Below are positions 1 to 12,864 of a stretch of 64,000 nucleotides of DNA, one piece after another. Within the stretch, counting starts at the first letter, position 1, and the number at the start of each line of letters is the position of its first letter. The stretch covers positions 113,088,001 through 113,152,000 of the forward strand of contig OX597822.1 in the NCBI GenBank assembly GCA_951406725.2. The letters run 5' to 3'. This DNA is from Octopus vulgaris (taxonomy: Eukaryota). Position numbers and translations under genes: made by a program. The notes beneath the pieces are model-generated. The model made no database searches, had not been told where the DNA came from, and worked only from the letters and a program-made list of their open reading frames with translations.

Positions 1-1200
1 CGAAGCAGGACCTCTATTACAGAAATTCGAACCCGCCATCTAATATACGAGACGGAGCGCAGATCACGAACCTGGACTCGCGCCAGGCCCTTGCTGTGAA
101 GGTGGTAGAAAGTAATGTATTTCGTGGCGTAGATAATGCAAGGGAATACCACAGCACTGCATACCTTTATCTTTCTGCTGCAGGTAATGTCATGGCGGCT
201 GCATAGAATCTTCCCGAGAGAGCCAAAAGCTTCTCTAGCAGACTGTATTCGCCTCTCAACTTTAAGATCACAAGAGTTAGTGCAAGTCACTGAGCTGCCG
301 CGATATGTAAAGGCTACGGTGTACTTTGTAGGCTCTCTGTGTTGTATCACAAGCTTGTGTTCTCTCGATCTATAAGAAAGGCTTGGTGAGGGCAGGTAAA
401 ACAGCTCAGTCTTCGAAGTGCAAACCTTGAGACCAAACATGTCTACTGCCCAAAGAAACCGTTCCACAATGTCTTGTATGTCCTCAGTGTTGCTGGCCAT
501 GAGTGCTGAGTCATCTACGTAGAGCAGCTCCCTAACACAGAGGAGATGGTACCAAGACGGGTCGAGTTGAAAAGTTTCCCGTCTGTTCTTGGGTGTATGA
601 AAACTCCCTGGTGCAGATTGACCCTCATGGTGTCAAGAACAGCGGCTAGGTAAAGAGAAGAGTGCAGGGACATACACGCACCTCTGCATCCCGCCATGGT
701 TTAATACAAACGTTTCACCAAATTCTCCACCAATGATACTAGTCCTTTCATTCCTGTGTGGAAGGACATCCACAAGTCTTTGGCTCCTCCAAAGAGTTTC
801 TCGGCCTACCATGTCATATGCCAAGGAAAAGTCCACAAACACCACCAAGCGGGATTGGTGTAGCTCCGCTATTTTCTCCTATAGTTGTCATAGTGAGAAT
901 ATCATGTCAGTAGTTGATCTCCCTGGCATAGACACACATTGACTCTCTGGTAAGACTTGCTCTGAGATATTTTTTAGCCGATTGCGAACGATTTTCACGA
1001 ACACCTTGCCAGCAATGGCGAACAGAAAAATGCAACCGTGGTTCCCACATTCTACTCGATCCCTCCGCTTTTGTAAACTGTGACTATCACAGCGTCCTTG
1101 AGATCTTGAGGTACACACTCATTAGAAAGACAAGCTCATTGCAGAGTTTTTGTTCACTTTTCTTGAGCATGTCTGAGGAATACCATCGACGAGTGGTACT
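1..1200 (-). mobile_element. Decayed RTE-clade LINE, reverse-transcriptase region (pseudogenised)
   Basis: Frameshifted minus-strand peptides 'IAGKVFVKIVRNRL..LPESQC..PGRSTTDMIFSL', 'VFVDFSLAYDMVGRETLW' and 'RTDGKLFN' match RTE/BovB-type RT motifs. Confidence 0.8.
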
Positions 1201-1224
1201 TTGCAACTTACAGTGGCTTCAAGA

Positions 1225-1424
1225 ACACTCATCGTTGGCAATTTCTTTCCTCCATCTTCCCTTTCTTGGATCTTTCCTTTTCCTATGTTTCTGACGAAGA
1301 GCTCCGCTCGAAACGTTAAATCCTCCTTCTTTCTTTCTTTTCCTGAGCGTCCAATAACACTATACTTGTTCCACGTACTCGCGTTGTTGTGTTTTCTCTT
1401 TGTGTTTTCATGTTTGGATTAACT
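1225..1424 (+). mobile_element. PLE terminal-repeat (pLTR) fragment, family P1
   Basis: Contains a minimal hammerhead, ends directly in a (TATG)n tract, and has a homologous copy on the minus strand at ~54721-54930. Confidence 0.65.
1288..1320 (+). ncRNA. Minimal type I hammerhead ribozyme motif
   Basis: UUU-CUGACGA-A-GAGC(UCC)GCUC-GAAAC-GUU-AAA: intact core, helix II, short helix I; helix III is loopless (AACGUU palindrome, dimer type). Confidence 0.65.
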
Positions 1425-1584
1425 ATGTATGTATGTATGTATGTATGTATGTATGTATGTATGTATGTATGTATGTTTTATGTATGTATGTATGTATGTA
1501 TGTACGTACTAACGTATGTATGTATGCATATCATACATAATAGTTTTATATAGGTGTGCCTATGTCGCATGTGTGCGTGTGTGT

Positions 1585-2797
1585 CTGTTGCTGAATCGGC
1601 AAGTTCAGGGGATGTAAACAAACCAACAGCACTTGTCAAGCTGTGCTGGCTTAGCACAACAGACAAAAACACACACACACAGACACACATACATATATAT
1701 ATATATATGTATGTATGTATATTTATATATATACATACCTATTTGTATACACACGCACATACATATATACATACAGGCATGCATACATACGTACGTACAT
1801 ACATACATACATACATACATACATGCATACATACATAATACATAAACATACATACATGCAGGCATACATACATACATACGTACATACATACATACATACA
1901 TACATACATACATACATACATAAATACATACATACATACATACATACATACATACATACATACATACATACATACATACATACATACATACATACATACA
2001 TACATGCATACATGCATACATACATACATGCATACATACATACATACATACATACATACATACATACATACATACATACATACATACATACATACATACA
2101 TACATACATACATACATGCATACATACATGCATACATACATACATACATACATACATACATACATACATACATACATACATACATACATACATACATACA
2201 TACATACATACATACATACATACATACATACATACATACATACATACATACATACATACATACATACATACATACATACATACATACATACATACATACA
2301 TACATACATACATACATACATACATACATACATACATACATACATACATACATACATACATACATACATACATACATACATACATACATACATACATACA
2401 TACATACATACATACATACATACATACATACATGCATACATGCATACATACATACATGCATACATACATACATACATGCATACATACATACATACATACA
2501 TACATACATACATGCATACATACATACATACATGCATACATACATACATACATGCATACATGCATACATACATACATGCATACATACATACATACATACA
2601 TACATACATACATGCATACATACATACATACATACGATGAACATCTTTCAATTTCCGGCTACTAAATCCACTCACAAGGCTTGGTCTACCCGACCATTGT
2701 GGAAGATATTTGCCCATGGTGCTGCGCAATGGGACTGAACCCAAGACGGCATCGTCTGGAAGCAAGCTCCTTAACCATAGACCCACGCCCACGCCTG
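1585..2797 (-). mobile_element. SINE family B copy split by a ~950-bp internal microsatellite expansion
   Basis: Head (2635-2797) and 3' part (1585-1680) both match the full copy at 46487-46905. Confidence 0.7.
1780..2635. repeat. (CATA)n microsatellite with CATG variants
   Basis: Direct inspection. Confidence 0.98.
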
Positions 2798-3036
2798 TAT
2801 GATAAAATATTAAGAAATTGTTCTACACATATATATTTATCTATGCATTCACATTTCTAGAAGGAGTTGTCGTACCAACTCGAAGTCGTTTATAATATGC
2901 CTGTGAATCATGGAATGTCTCTTCTTTCAATGATTACGAAAATATATAATGGCGAGTTAAATTATTGAAATGTGTTAAATTTACCCGGTTAACAGAATCC
3001 AGTTTATTGTGAAAAGCGATGATGCTTTTTGTGTCA

Positions 3037-3432
<396 letters not shown>

Positions 3433-3860
3433 GACTGAGAAGAGAGAGAGAGAGAAACAGAAAGAGAGGAAGAGTGCGCCTGTGTCAGGCAAAAGTATTA
3501 AAGAGACCGGAATGCGTATCTTTTCCTGTGGTAAAGAAGCACCGCACAGCAAACGCCTAGATTCAACTGTTAAAGAGGCCTTGGGTATATAAGTCTGTTG
3601 TTATTTTCAACGTAGTTTACATATTATAATAGAGCCGGGACAAGGAAAGGATCAAATGGTCCCACTCGTCGACCTAAGTAGATTTTGTTCAAGGGAAATA
3701 TTAAAACATTTCTGTGGAAGCTGGAATAATAGATATTTTTATAGTAAAAGAGGCTGACTAAAAAACGTTGTTGAATTGGTAAAAAGATGTGCATTATAGA
3801 AGTATAAACTTGTTATATACATACGAGCATACACACATACATACAGGAATGTGTGTGTGC

Positions 3861-3897
<37 letters not shown>

Positions 3898-3898
<1 letters not shown>

Positions 3899-4250
3899 GC
3901 TTCCGGGTTCAGTCCCACTGCGTGGTACCTTGGGCAAGTGTCTTCTACTATGGCCTCGGGCCGACCAAAGCCCTGTGAGTGGATTTGGTAGACGGAAACT
4001 GAAAGAAGCCCGTCGTATATATGTATATATATATATATATATATATGAGTGTGTGTGTGTGTCTGTGTTTGTCCCCCTATGCTGGTGTGTTTATGTCCCC
4101 GTTACTTAGCGGTTCGGCAAAAGAGACCGATAGAATAAGTACAGGGCTTACAAAAAGAATATGTTCCGGGATCGAGTTGCTCGATTAAAGGCGGTGCTCC
4201 AGCATGGCCGCAGTCAAATGACTGAAACAAGTAAAAGAGAGAGTAAAAAA
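3898..4250 (+). mobile_element. SINE family B, 5'-truncated
   Basis: 'ccgggttcagtcccactgcgtgg...ggcggtgctccagcatggccgcagtcaaatgactgaaacaagtaaaagag' matches the other copies. Confidence 0.85.
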
Positions 4251-4253
4251 AGA

Positions 4254-4330
<77 letters not shown>

Positions 4331-4334
<4 letters not shown>

Positions 4335-7300
4335 GGTATGTAGAAAAATACAACATGGACAAGAACGTATAACTCTTAGAAGACGACACAATAAACACGG
4401 ACAGGACATTCGAAACCCTCAGTCTTCAGTCAAGAACCGGATCATCGTAGTAATTTCGGCTGATTAATCTTGAGATTACTAGATCACGGCCAGCCCTCCA
4501 AGAAAAACAAGCAACGAGCATTAGAAAAACTAAGCTGGAAGCGTAGATTTCCTGGAAGAAGGATCGAATGCATACGAACACCAGGACAGCAAAAGGGACA
4601 GATATAAAAAAACAAAAAACAATAATGGAATACAGAAACATGAAATACAGAAGCATTAACGGTGAAAACAACGGTGTCTTACGACTGATAACAAGCAAAC
4701 AAATTTTTTCTCTGGCGCAATGGAAAAAGCCTTTATAGTGGCGGACGAAAACAGCGATGTTAACAGAACGAGGGTCAGAGGCTGAAAGGCAGATTTCGGC
4801 CAACAGTCACGTGACAGAGAAGAGGGAAAAGAAAAGAAAGAGAAGCAAAGGAAGAGAGAGAGAGAGGAGGGACAAACGCAACAAAGAGAGAGAAGAGAGA
4901 GAAAGAAGGAATCAGAGAGGAGAAGGGATGGGTGTCGAAGAATGACCTGTGAGTGCAGAGCGAGACAAAGAAATAGGAGGGTAGTGGAAGACTAGACCAA
5001 AGAATCAGAGGAAAGAGAAGAGAAAAAGAGGATGAGTAGAGAGAAAAGAGAGAGAGGGGGACAGATCAAGTAAAAATGAGAGAGAGAGAGAGACAAACAG
5101 AGAGTCGTACCAATTATTAAGAATATGTGCTCACATAAATGTTAAGGGGGGTACGGGGCGCCTGGAATATATGTTAAGGTATGTAGAAAAATACAACATG
5201 GACAAGAACGTATAACTCTTAGAAGACGACACAATAAACACGGACAGGACATTCGAAACCCTCAGTCTTCAGTCAAGAACCGGATCATCGTAGTAATTTC
5301 GGCTGATTAATCTTGAGATTACTAGATCACGGCCAGCCCTCCAAGAAAAACAAGCAACGAGCATTAGAAAAACTAAGCTGGAAGCGTAGATTTCCTGGAA
5401 GAAGGATCGAATGCATACGAACACCAGGACAGCAAAAGGGACAGATATAAAAAAACAAAAAACAATAATGGAATACAGAAACATGAAATACAGAAGCATT
5501 AACGGTGAAAACAACGGTGTCTTACGACTGATAACAAGCAAACAAATTTTTTCTCTGGCGCAATGGAAAAAGCCTTTATAGTGGCGGACGAAAACAGCGA
5601 TGTTAACAGAACGAGGGTCAGAGGCTGAAAGGCAGATTTCGGCCAACAGTCACGTGACAGAGAAGAGGGAAAAGAAAAGAAAGAGAAGCAAAGGAAGAGA
5701 GAGAGAGAGGAGGGACAAACGCAACAAAGAGAGAGAAGAGAGAGAAAGAAGGAATCAGAGAGGAGAAGGGATGGGTGTCGAAGAATGACCTGTGAGTGCA
5801 GAGCGAGACAAAGAAATAGGAGGGTAGTGGAAGACTAGACCAAAGAATCAGAGGAAAGAGAAGAGAAAAAGAGGATGAGTAGAGAGAAAAGAGAGAGAGG
5901 GGGACAGATCAAGTAAAAATGAGAGAGAGAGAGAGACAAACAGAGAGTCGTACCAATTATTAAGAATATGTGCTCACATAAATGTTAAGGGGGGTACGGG
6001 GCGCCTGGAATATATGTTAAGGTATGTAGAAAAATACAACATGGACAAGAACGTATAACTCTTAGAAGACGACACAATAAACACGGACAGGACATTCGAA
6101 ACCCTCAGTCTTCAGTCAAGAACCGGATCATCGTAGTAATTTCGGCTGATTAATCTTGAGATTACTAGATCACGGCCAGCCCTCCAAGAAAAACAAGCAA
6201 CGAGCATTAGAAAAACTAAGCTGGAAGCGTAGATTTCCTGGAAGAAGGATCGAATGCATACGAACACCAGGACAGCAAAAGGGACAGATATAAAAAAACA
6301 AAAAACAATAATGGAATACAGAAACATGAAATACAGAAGCATTAACGGTGAAAACAACGGTGTCTTACGACTGATAACAAGCAAACAAATTTTTTCTCTG
6401 GCGCAATGGAAAAAGCCTTTATAGTGGCGGACGAAAACAGCGATGTTAACAGAACGAGGGTCAGAGGCTGAAAGGCAGATTTCGGCCAACAGTCACGTGA
6501 CAGAGAAGAGGGAAAAGAAAAGAAAGAGAAGCAAAGGAAGAGAGAGAGAGAGGAGGGACAAACGCAACAAAGAGAGAGAAGAGAGAGAAAGAAGGAATCA
6601 GAGAGGAGAAGGGATGGGTGTCGAAGAATGACCTGTGAGTGCAGAGCGAGACAAAGAAATAGGAGGGTAGTGGAAGACTAGACCAAAGAATCAGAGGAAA
6701 GAGAAGAGAAAAAGAGGATGAGTAGAGAGAAAAGAGAGAGAGGGGGACAGATCAAGTAAAAATGAGAGAGAGAGAGAGACAAACAGAGAGTCGTACCAAT
6801 TATTAAGAATATGTGCTCACATAAATGTTAAGGGGGGTACGGGGCGCCTGGAATATATGTTAAGGTATGTAGAAAAATACAACATGGACAAGAACGTATA
6901 ACTCTTAGAAGACGACACAATAAACACGGACAGGACATTCGAAACCCTCAGTCTTCAGTCAAGAACCGGATCATCGTAGTAATTTCGGCTGATTAATCTT
7001 GAGATTACTAGATCACGGCCAGCCCTCCAAGAAAAACAAGCAACGAGCATTAGAAAAACTAAGCTGGAAGCGTAGATTTCCTGGAAGAAGGATCGAATGC
7101 ATACGAACACCAGGACAGCAAAAGGGACAGATATAAAAAAACAAAAAACAATAATGGAATACAGAAACATGAAATACAGAAGCATTAACGGTGAAAACAA
7201 CGGTGTCTTACGACTGATAACAAGCAAACAAATTTTTTCTCTGGCGCAATGGAAAAAGCCTTTATAGTGGCGGACGAAAACAGCGATGTTAACAGAACGA

Positions 7301-7990
7301 GGGTCAGAGGCTGAAAGGCAGATTTCGGCCAACAGTCACGTGACAGAGAAGAGGGAAAAGAAAAGAAAGAGAAGCAAAGGAAGAGAGAGAGAGAGGAGGG
7401 ACAAACGCAACAAAGAGAGAGAAGAGAGAGAAAGAAGGAATCAGAGAGGAGAAGGGATGGGTGTCGAAGAATGACCTGTGAGTGCAGAGCGAGACAAAGA
7501 AATAGGAGGGTAGTGGAAGACTAGACCAAAGAATCAGAGGAAAGAGAAGAGAAAAAGAGGATGAGTAGAGAGAAAAGAGAGAGAGGGGGACAGATCAAGT
7601 AAAAATGAGAGAGAGAGAGAGACAAACAGAGAGTCGTACCAATTATTAAGAATATGTGCTCACATAAATGTTAAGGGGGGTACGGGGCGCCTGGAATATA
7701 TGTTAAGGTATGTAGAAAAATACAACATGGACAAGAACGTATAACTCTTAGAAGACGACACAATAAACACGGACAGGACATTCGAAACCCTCAGTCTTCA
7801 GTCAAGAACCGGATCATCGTAGTAATTTCGGCTGATTAATCTTGAGATTACTAGATCACGGCCAGCCCTCCAAGAAAAACAAGCAACGAGCATTAGAAAA
7901 ACTAAGCTGGAAGCGTAGATTTCCTGGAAGAAGGATCGAATGCATACGAACACCAGGACAGCAAAAGGGACAGATATAAAAAAACAAAAA
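4331..7990. repeat. Tandem array of an 843-bp unit (4 full copies plus a 288-bp partial), flanked by (TA)n
   Basis: 'ttaaggtatgtag' recurs at 4331, 5174, 6017, 6860 and 7703; identical ORF-track peptides repeat every 843 bp. Confidence 0.97.
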
Positions 7991-8023
<33 letters not shown>

Positions 8024-8211
8024 TGTATGTATATATAAACATTCTATAATTATATACATAATTATAATGGAGGGTCGGCGCCCAATTGCCTCGCCGACCC
8101 CTTATTATAATTATGTATATAACCATAGAATATTTTGTATAATTTACCTAAAATGGTTTTTTTAACGTACTGACTACTTAGTAAAATTATTATTATTAAT
8201 AATCTTACCCA

Positions 8212-8600
8212 TATATTATATAAAATCTGTTCTGTCTGTCTGTGTGTGTGTGTGTTTTCTAGGATCTCGGGCATCCTCCATCCGATTGCGCTCAAATTTG
8301 ATATGTAGAGACCGACGGTATAAGGGCGTGTATAAGTCTTTAAAAAATTACAAAAATCAATTCCAGTTGAGAATGCGATCGATAAAGCCGTGGGAACGTG
8401 CACTTGTACGCGCAAGTACATAAAAAAAAGTCTATCTTTATTTCTTCTTTTGCTGGTGTCTCAAATTTAGGTTAAATCAGTGTTTCTCAAAGGGGAGGCC
8501 TATGGGACGGTCGGACAAGTTGTTTTGAGAAAATTTGGTTTGAATGTTTGACAACTCAGCACCGTCCATTGGACGTTTTGCTCGTATGAAATGTGTGTGT
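8212..8600 (+). mobile_element. Probable 5' part of a non-autonomous Helitron
   Basis: 'tatataaaatctgttctgtctgtctgtg...ccgattgcgctcaaattt' resembles the start of the Helitron at 63144; no 3' hairpin/CTAG seen. Confidence 0.45.
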
Positions 8601-8797
8601 GTGTGTGAATGTATTTATGTATGTATATATGTATTAAGTGTTTGAAGTGGTGTATAAATATTGTATATTGATAAAAAAGGAGGCAGTCAGAATTTTGGAT
8701 TATCCTTTATTAGAGCTTACGTTCGTTTACCAATTCGTCAAGACAATTTTCATTTTGTCTTGTCGAGTTCGTAAACGAACGAAAGCACTAAGGAAGG

Positions 8798-8843
<46 letters not shown>

Positions 8844-8924
8844 CTATGTATATATACATATACGCACAGAGGAGAGAGGTAAGGTGTTCAGGTAGAGAAA
8901 AAAACCAGGAGAGACAAAATATGT

Positions 8925-9134
8925 CACTTGTTTCAGTAAATGGATTGTGGCCATGCTGGTTCACCACTTGACGCATGAAGGATTTTTAACCGAGAAAATT
9001 GACCGCAGTACGTACCTTAAAGCATAGGACTTATTTCGTTCACTTTTGCAAATCGCTACGTTACGAGGCCGTAAACAGACCAACAGCTGTTGTCAAGCAG
9101 TATTGGAGGACAAACACTATCTCACACATATGGG

Positions 9135-9204
<70 letters not shown>

Positions 9205-9570
9205 CACCCATCCATCCATCCATCCATACATACATACATACATACACACAAAAATATCCTGTTGTTGATGGAACCTAGATCTAAGGAAAGAGCTTTGGAT
9301 CTAGGTTAGAAACCGGTTCTTTACTGGCAAAAAATCTTAAAATAAACTGAATAATGAAATACATATATACATATATACATACATACATATATACATACAT
9401 ACTCGACGGGCTTCTTTCAGTTTTCGTCTGCCAAATCCACTCATGAGGATCTGGTCAACTCAGGGCTATTGTAGAAGTGTAGAAAACTCTTGACCAAGGC
9501 GCCGCGCAGTGAAACTGAACCCGGAACCGCGTGGTGAGCAAACTTCTTAACACACACTCACGCCTGCACC
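8925..9570 (-). mobile_element. Diverged SINE family B copy with internal microsatellites and an insertion
   Basis: 'cacttgtttcagt..tggccatgctgg' and 'cgacgggcttctttcagtttt...ccaaatccactca...gaacccggaacc'. Confidence 0.7.
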
Positions 9571-9621
9571 AACATGCCAATAATAGATGTATGCATGTAT
9601 GTATGTATGTATGTATGTATG

Positions 9622-9657
<36 letters not shown>

Positions 9658-9769
9658 TGTATGTATGCTTGTATGCATGTATGTATATATGTATGTATGT
9701 ATGCACGCATGTAAGTACACACAGACACATACATACATACATACATACATACATACATACATACATACA

Positions 9770-9805
<36 letters not shown>

Positions 9806-9854
9806 TATGTATAGTGAGAGAGTGACAGTATGCGTGTGACAGAGAGAGTGTGTG

Positions 9855-10050
9855 TGTGTCTATGTTTGTCCTCCCATCATCACTTGACAACCGATGCTGG
9901 TGCTTACGTCCCCGTAACTTAACAGTAGAATAAGTTCTCGGCTTACAAAGAATAGGTCCTGGAGTCGATTTCTTCGACTATGAAGCTCTTAAAGGCGGTG
10001 TTCCAGCATGACCGCAATCAAATGATCGAAACGAGTAAAAGAATAAAAGA
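9855..10050 (+). mobile_element. SINE family B, 3' half
   Basis: 'ttgacaaccgatgctggtg...aaaggcggtgttccagcatgaccgca'. Confidence 0.75.
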
Positions 10051-10063
10051 ATACACACACTTA

Positions 10064-10114
<51 letters not shown>

Positions 10115-10117
<3 letters not shown>

Positions 10118-10980
10118 TGTCACCATTTTATATTTTGGATTTCGTGCGTGCGCATTCTTTGTTTTTGATTTTGTAGACTACACAGTATAAGTAGGGTCAT
10201 TTGGGCACCGTCCTTGAGAAGAACAGCACCATGATGCAATTCACTTTGCCAGAAATTTGGAAAGGACATGCTGTACAACTTGGCATTCGCGCCGGAAGCT
10301 CCAAAACGAACATTTCAAACTATTTGGGTGTCAATCTGAGCAATCTGAGGACATGTACCGAGAGTGATAACAATCAAACATCCAGTCAACATCATGATGT
10401 TTGGAGCGATCACTTGTGGTTCCGACGTTATGCCTCCGTTCATCTTCCCAAACGGCCTCACACTCAACACGGAGGCCTGCATTAAGTGCCCGGAGGAGGT
10501 AGTGCTGCCCTGGGTCGAGAGGGTGCTGGACAACTCAATGTCTGGCAACAGGACTCTGTACCTTGCCACACAAGCAGAAGAACCAGTCATGACTGTCAGA
10601 TAATTTCCGAACCACATCATCCCTAACATCTGGCCACCTAACTCCCCAGACTACAACCCCCTTGGTTATTATGTGTGGGGCGCATTTGACCGAGAGACCA
10701 ACAAATCTCTTTGTAACTCCAAAAATGAATTAAAGGCAAAGATTATGGCAGCATTCACCAACTTAAAGAAGGAAACTGTCCAGAAGAGTTGCAGGAGATT
10801 CCAAAGTCGTCTGGACACCGTGGTTGAAGTCAATAGCGATTTTATTGAATAAATTTACTCTTTAGTATTTCAAGATATTTTAAAGTAATTTTGGTAAAAA
10901 TAATCTGTTAAAATGAGTTGTGAGAGTTATTTTCATTTTTGCGTAATTTAGACGACAGTTTATTCACCGCATCCTCTATA
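10115..10980 (+). mobile_element. Decayed Tc1/mariner-superfamily transposon (maT/DD37D-like)
   Basis: Peptides 'KHPVNIMMFGAITC..PPFIFP' and 'WPPNSPDYNPLGYYVWG'; right TIR 'ttattcaccgcatcctcta'; second copy at 27733-28623. Confidence 0.85.
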
Positions 10981-11797
10981 TGTTACTCACCCCTAGGTAA
11001 ACTTGTACAGTAATAACACAAGTTGCACCAGTAGTAATAGCACTGTTTTAGGTGCAGAAGCAGAACTTCATCGTGGGTCTCAATATTGTAAATATTTAGA
11101 AGTTGTTGGAGATGAGAAGAGGAAGGCAGGGTTTTGCTATGTTGAATATGTAGGTTCGCCAAGAGATATCTTCGGTAAGGCATTTAATAGCCTGTTGTTC
11201 GTGTTTAAGGAGGTGGGCAGGGTGATGATAATGTTTTCTTGATATGAGCATTATTGTTGTTGTTTGTATTGCTCATGTTACTGTTAAAGGGGACCGGATT
11301 TGCATAACTCGTTTGTAGGATGTCTCCAAGGTCTCTGTTTCTGAAGTTCAAACCGATTTGGCAGAAGTTTCTATTGCATATGAGTGATACAAGTAGGGAG
11401 AAAACCGGATCTAGGGAACACAAGAGTTGATAGAGCGTGAATCAGAGAGAGGGGGAGAAAGAGAGAGAGGGAGAGGGAGGGGAGGGGGAGGGGGAGAGAG
11501 AGAGGCAGAAAGAGCGCTTTATTAGCATAAGAAATGATCGATCGTTCGTTCTGATAGGAAGCCACCGATCCAAAAGAAGAGAGACAGATATAGTTTATAA
11601 GTAGACAGTATTGTCGGAAGATTCCGACATGTTAGGCACAAATAAAAGACTTGATGTTGAAGGCAGCAAAAATGCTTTCACCAAAAATCTCGAGAGTGAG
11701 ATTTCACTGGAGAAAGACAGCAGAATAGATAATCAACAAGTTGAAGAGTTTTGTATGTCTTCGGTCAGAACCACAGAAGACATTTAAACAGATCCAA

Positions 11798-12052
11798 TCA
11801 TCATCATCATCATTGTTCGACCGTGGTCGAGACAATGGAATTTACCATGCTACGCCAGACTTCACGGTCCATCATGGCATTACGGAGGTCCTGTTGCTGG
11901 ATGCCTGTATCCCTGGAGATTACATCAGGGTAGGAGAGTGTGCGCCGTCTGGTATTGCGAGTAGATGGCTTCCAGAGGAGAAGGGTAGAAATTACTTCTT
12001 TTTCAGCTCTACAACAATGTCCAGCAAACTGGACTCTCCTACCTTTCACAAG
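11798..12052 (-). mobile_element. 5'-truncated RTE-type LINE 3' end with (TGA)n tail
   Basis: ORF end 'QFAGHCCR..LLLWKP..AMMDREVWR..EQ*' followed by (tga)n; 'agatccaa' on both flanks is a candidate TSD. Confidence 0.8.
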
Positions 12053-12481
12053 ATCCAAACTTGAAGGTCACAATGGCTACACCACGAATATAAATGAAAC
12101 TCTGTGTTCATGCAGTTTCTACAATGTAGATGCAACAATCTATGAAGAAGTTGCCTCTATAAACTCTCGCCTAGTAGAAAACTATACAGTAACCCCTCGC
12201 CATATCGCGGTTTCCCTATTTAAGCTTACGTCGATTCCTCCGTTATACTTAGCAGAGTCGTTTTGGAAGTAAAACTAAACACTCTTTGTGTCTCATTTCT
12301 ATTTGTTATCAGATCTGATCAATCAGTCAATAGATTCCCCAAAGAGCTTCATCGATGACGTCTCCTGATCTACTTTACTTCATTCACAAACTTGTTTCTC
12401 TGCCTTTTTCTTTCTGTTTATTATTTATCCGTATTTGGAAAATGTAAGCGAGTGTATGAGTCGTTCTAAATAAATTGATTG

Positions 12482-12864
12482 TGGAGGCGCAATGGCCCAG
12501 TGGTTAGGGCAGCGGATTCGCGGTCATAGGATCGCGGTTTCGATTCCCAGACCGGGCGTTGTGAGTGTTTATTGAGCGAAAACACCTAAAGTGTCCACGA
12601 GGCTCCGGCAGGGGTGGGGTGATCCCTGCTGTACTCTTTCACCACAACTTTCTCTCACTCTTACTTCCTGTTTCTGTTGTACCTGTATTTCAAAAGGGCC
12701 CGCCTTGTCACTCTCTGTGTCACGCTGAATATCCCCGAGAACTACGTTAAGGGCACACGTGTCTGTGGAGTGCTCAGCCACTTACACGTTAATTTCACGA
12801 GCAGGCTGTTCCGTTGATCGGATCAACTGGAACCCTCGTCATCGTAACCGACGGAGTGCTTCCA
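12482..12864 (+). mobile_element. tRNA-derived SINE family A, full length
   Basis: A box 'tggcccagtgg', B box 'ggtttcgattcc'; TSD ctaaata(a/g)attgatt. Confidence 0.92.

Noticed and set aside
1478-2792. Long ORFs of MYVC/HTYI repeats (also at 9455-9890, 22878-23283, 35595-37917, 48222-49109, 57689-58057)
   Set aside because: Translations of (CATA)n, (TA)n and (CA)n microsatellites, which lack stop codons by composition
4426-7474. Repeated 125-aa and 62-aa ORFs in the 843-bp array
   Set aside because: Low-complexity, no recognisable domain; recurrence merely reflects the tandem repeat
4331-7990. CRISPR-like or rDNA/histone tandem array
   Set aside because: No spacers; no rRNA, 5S, snRNA or histone similarity recognised; eukaryotic context
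12482-12555. tRNA gene (also at 32867, 34991, 50871)
   Set aside because: The tRNA-like region continues into a conserved SINE body with TSDs, so these are SINE heads
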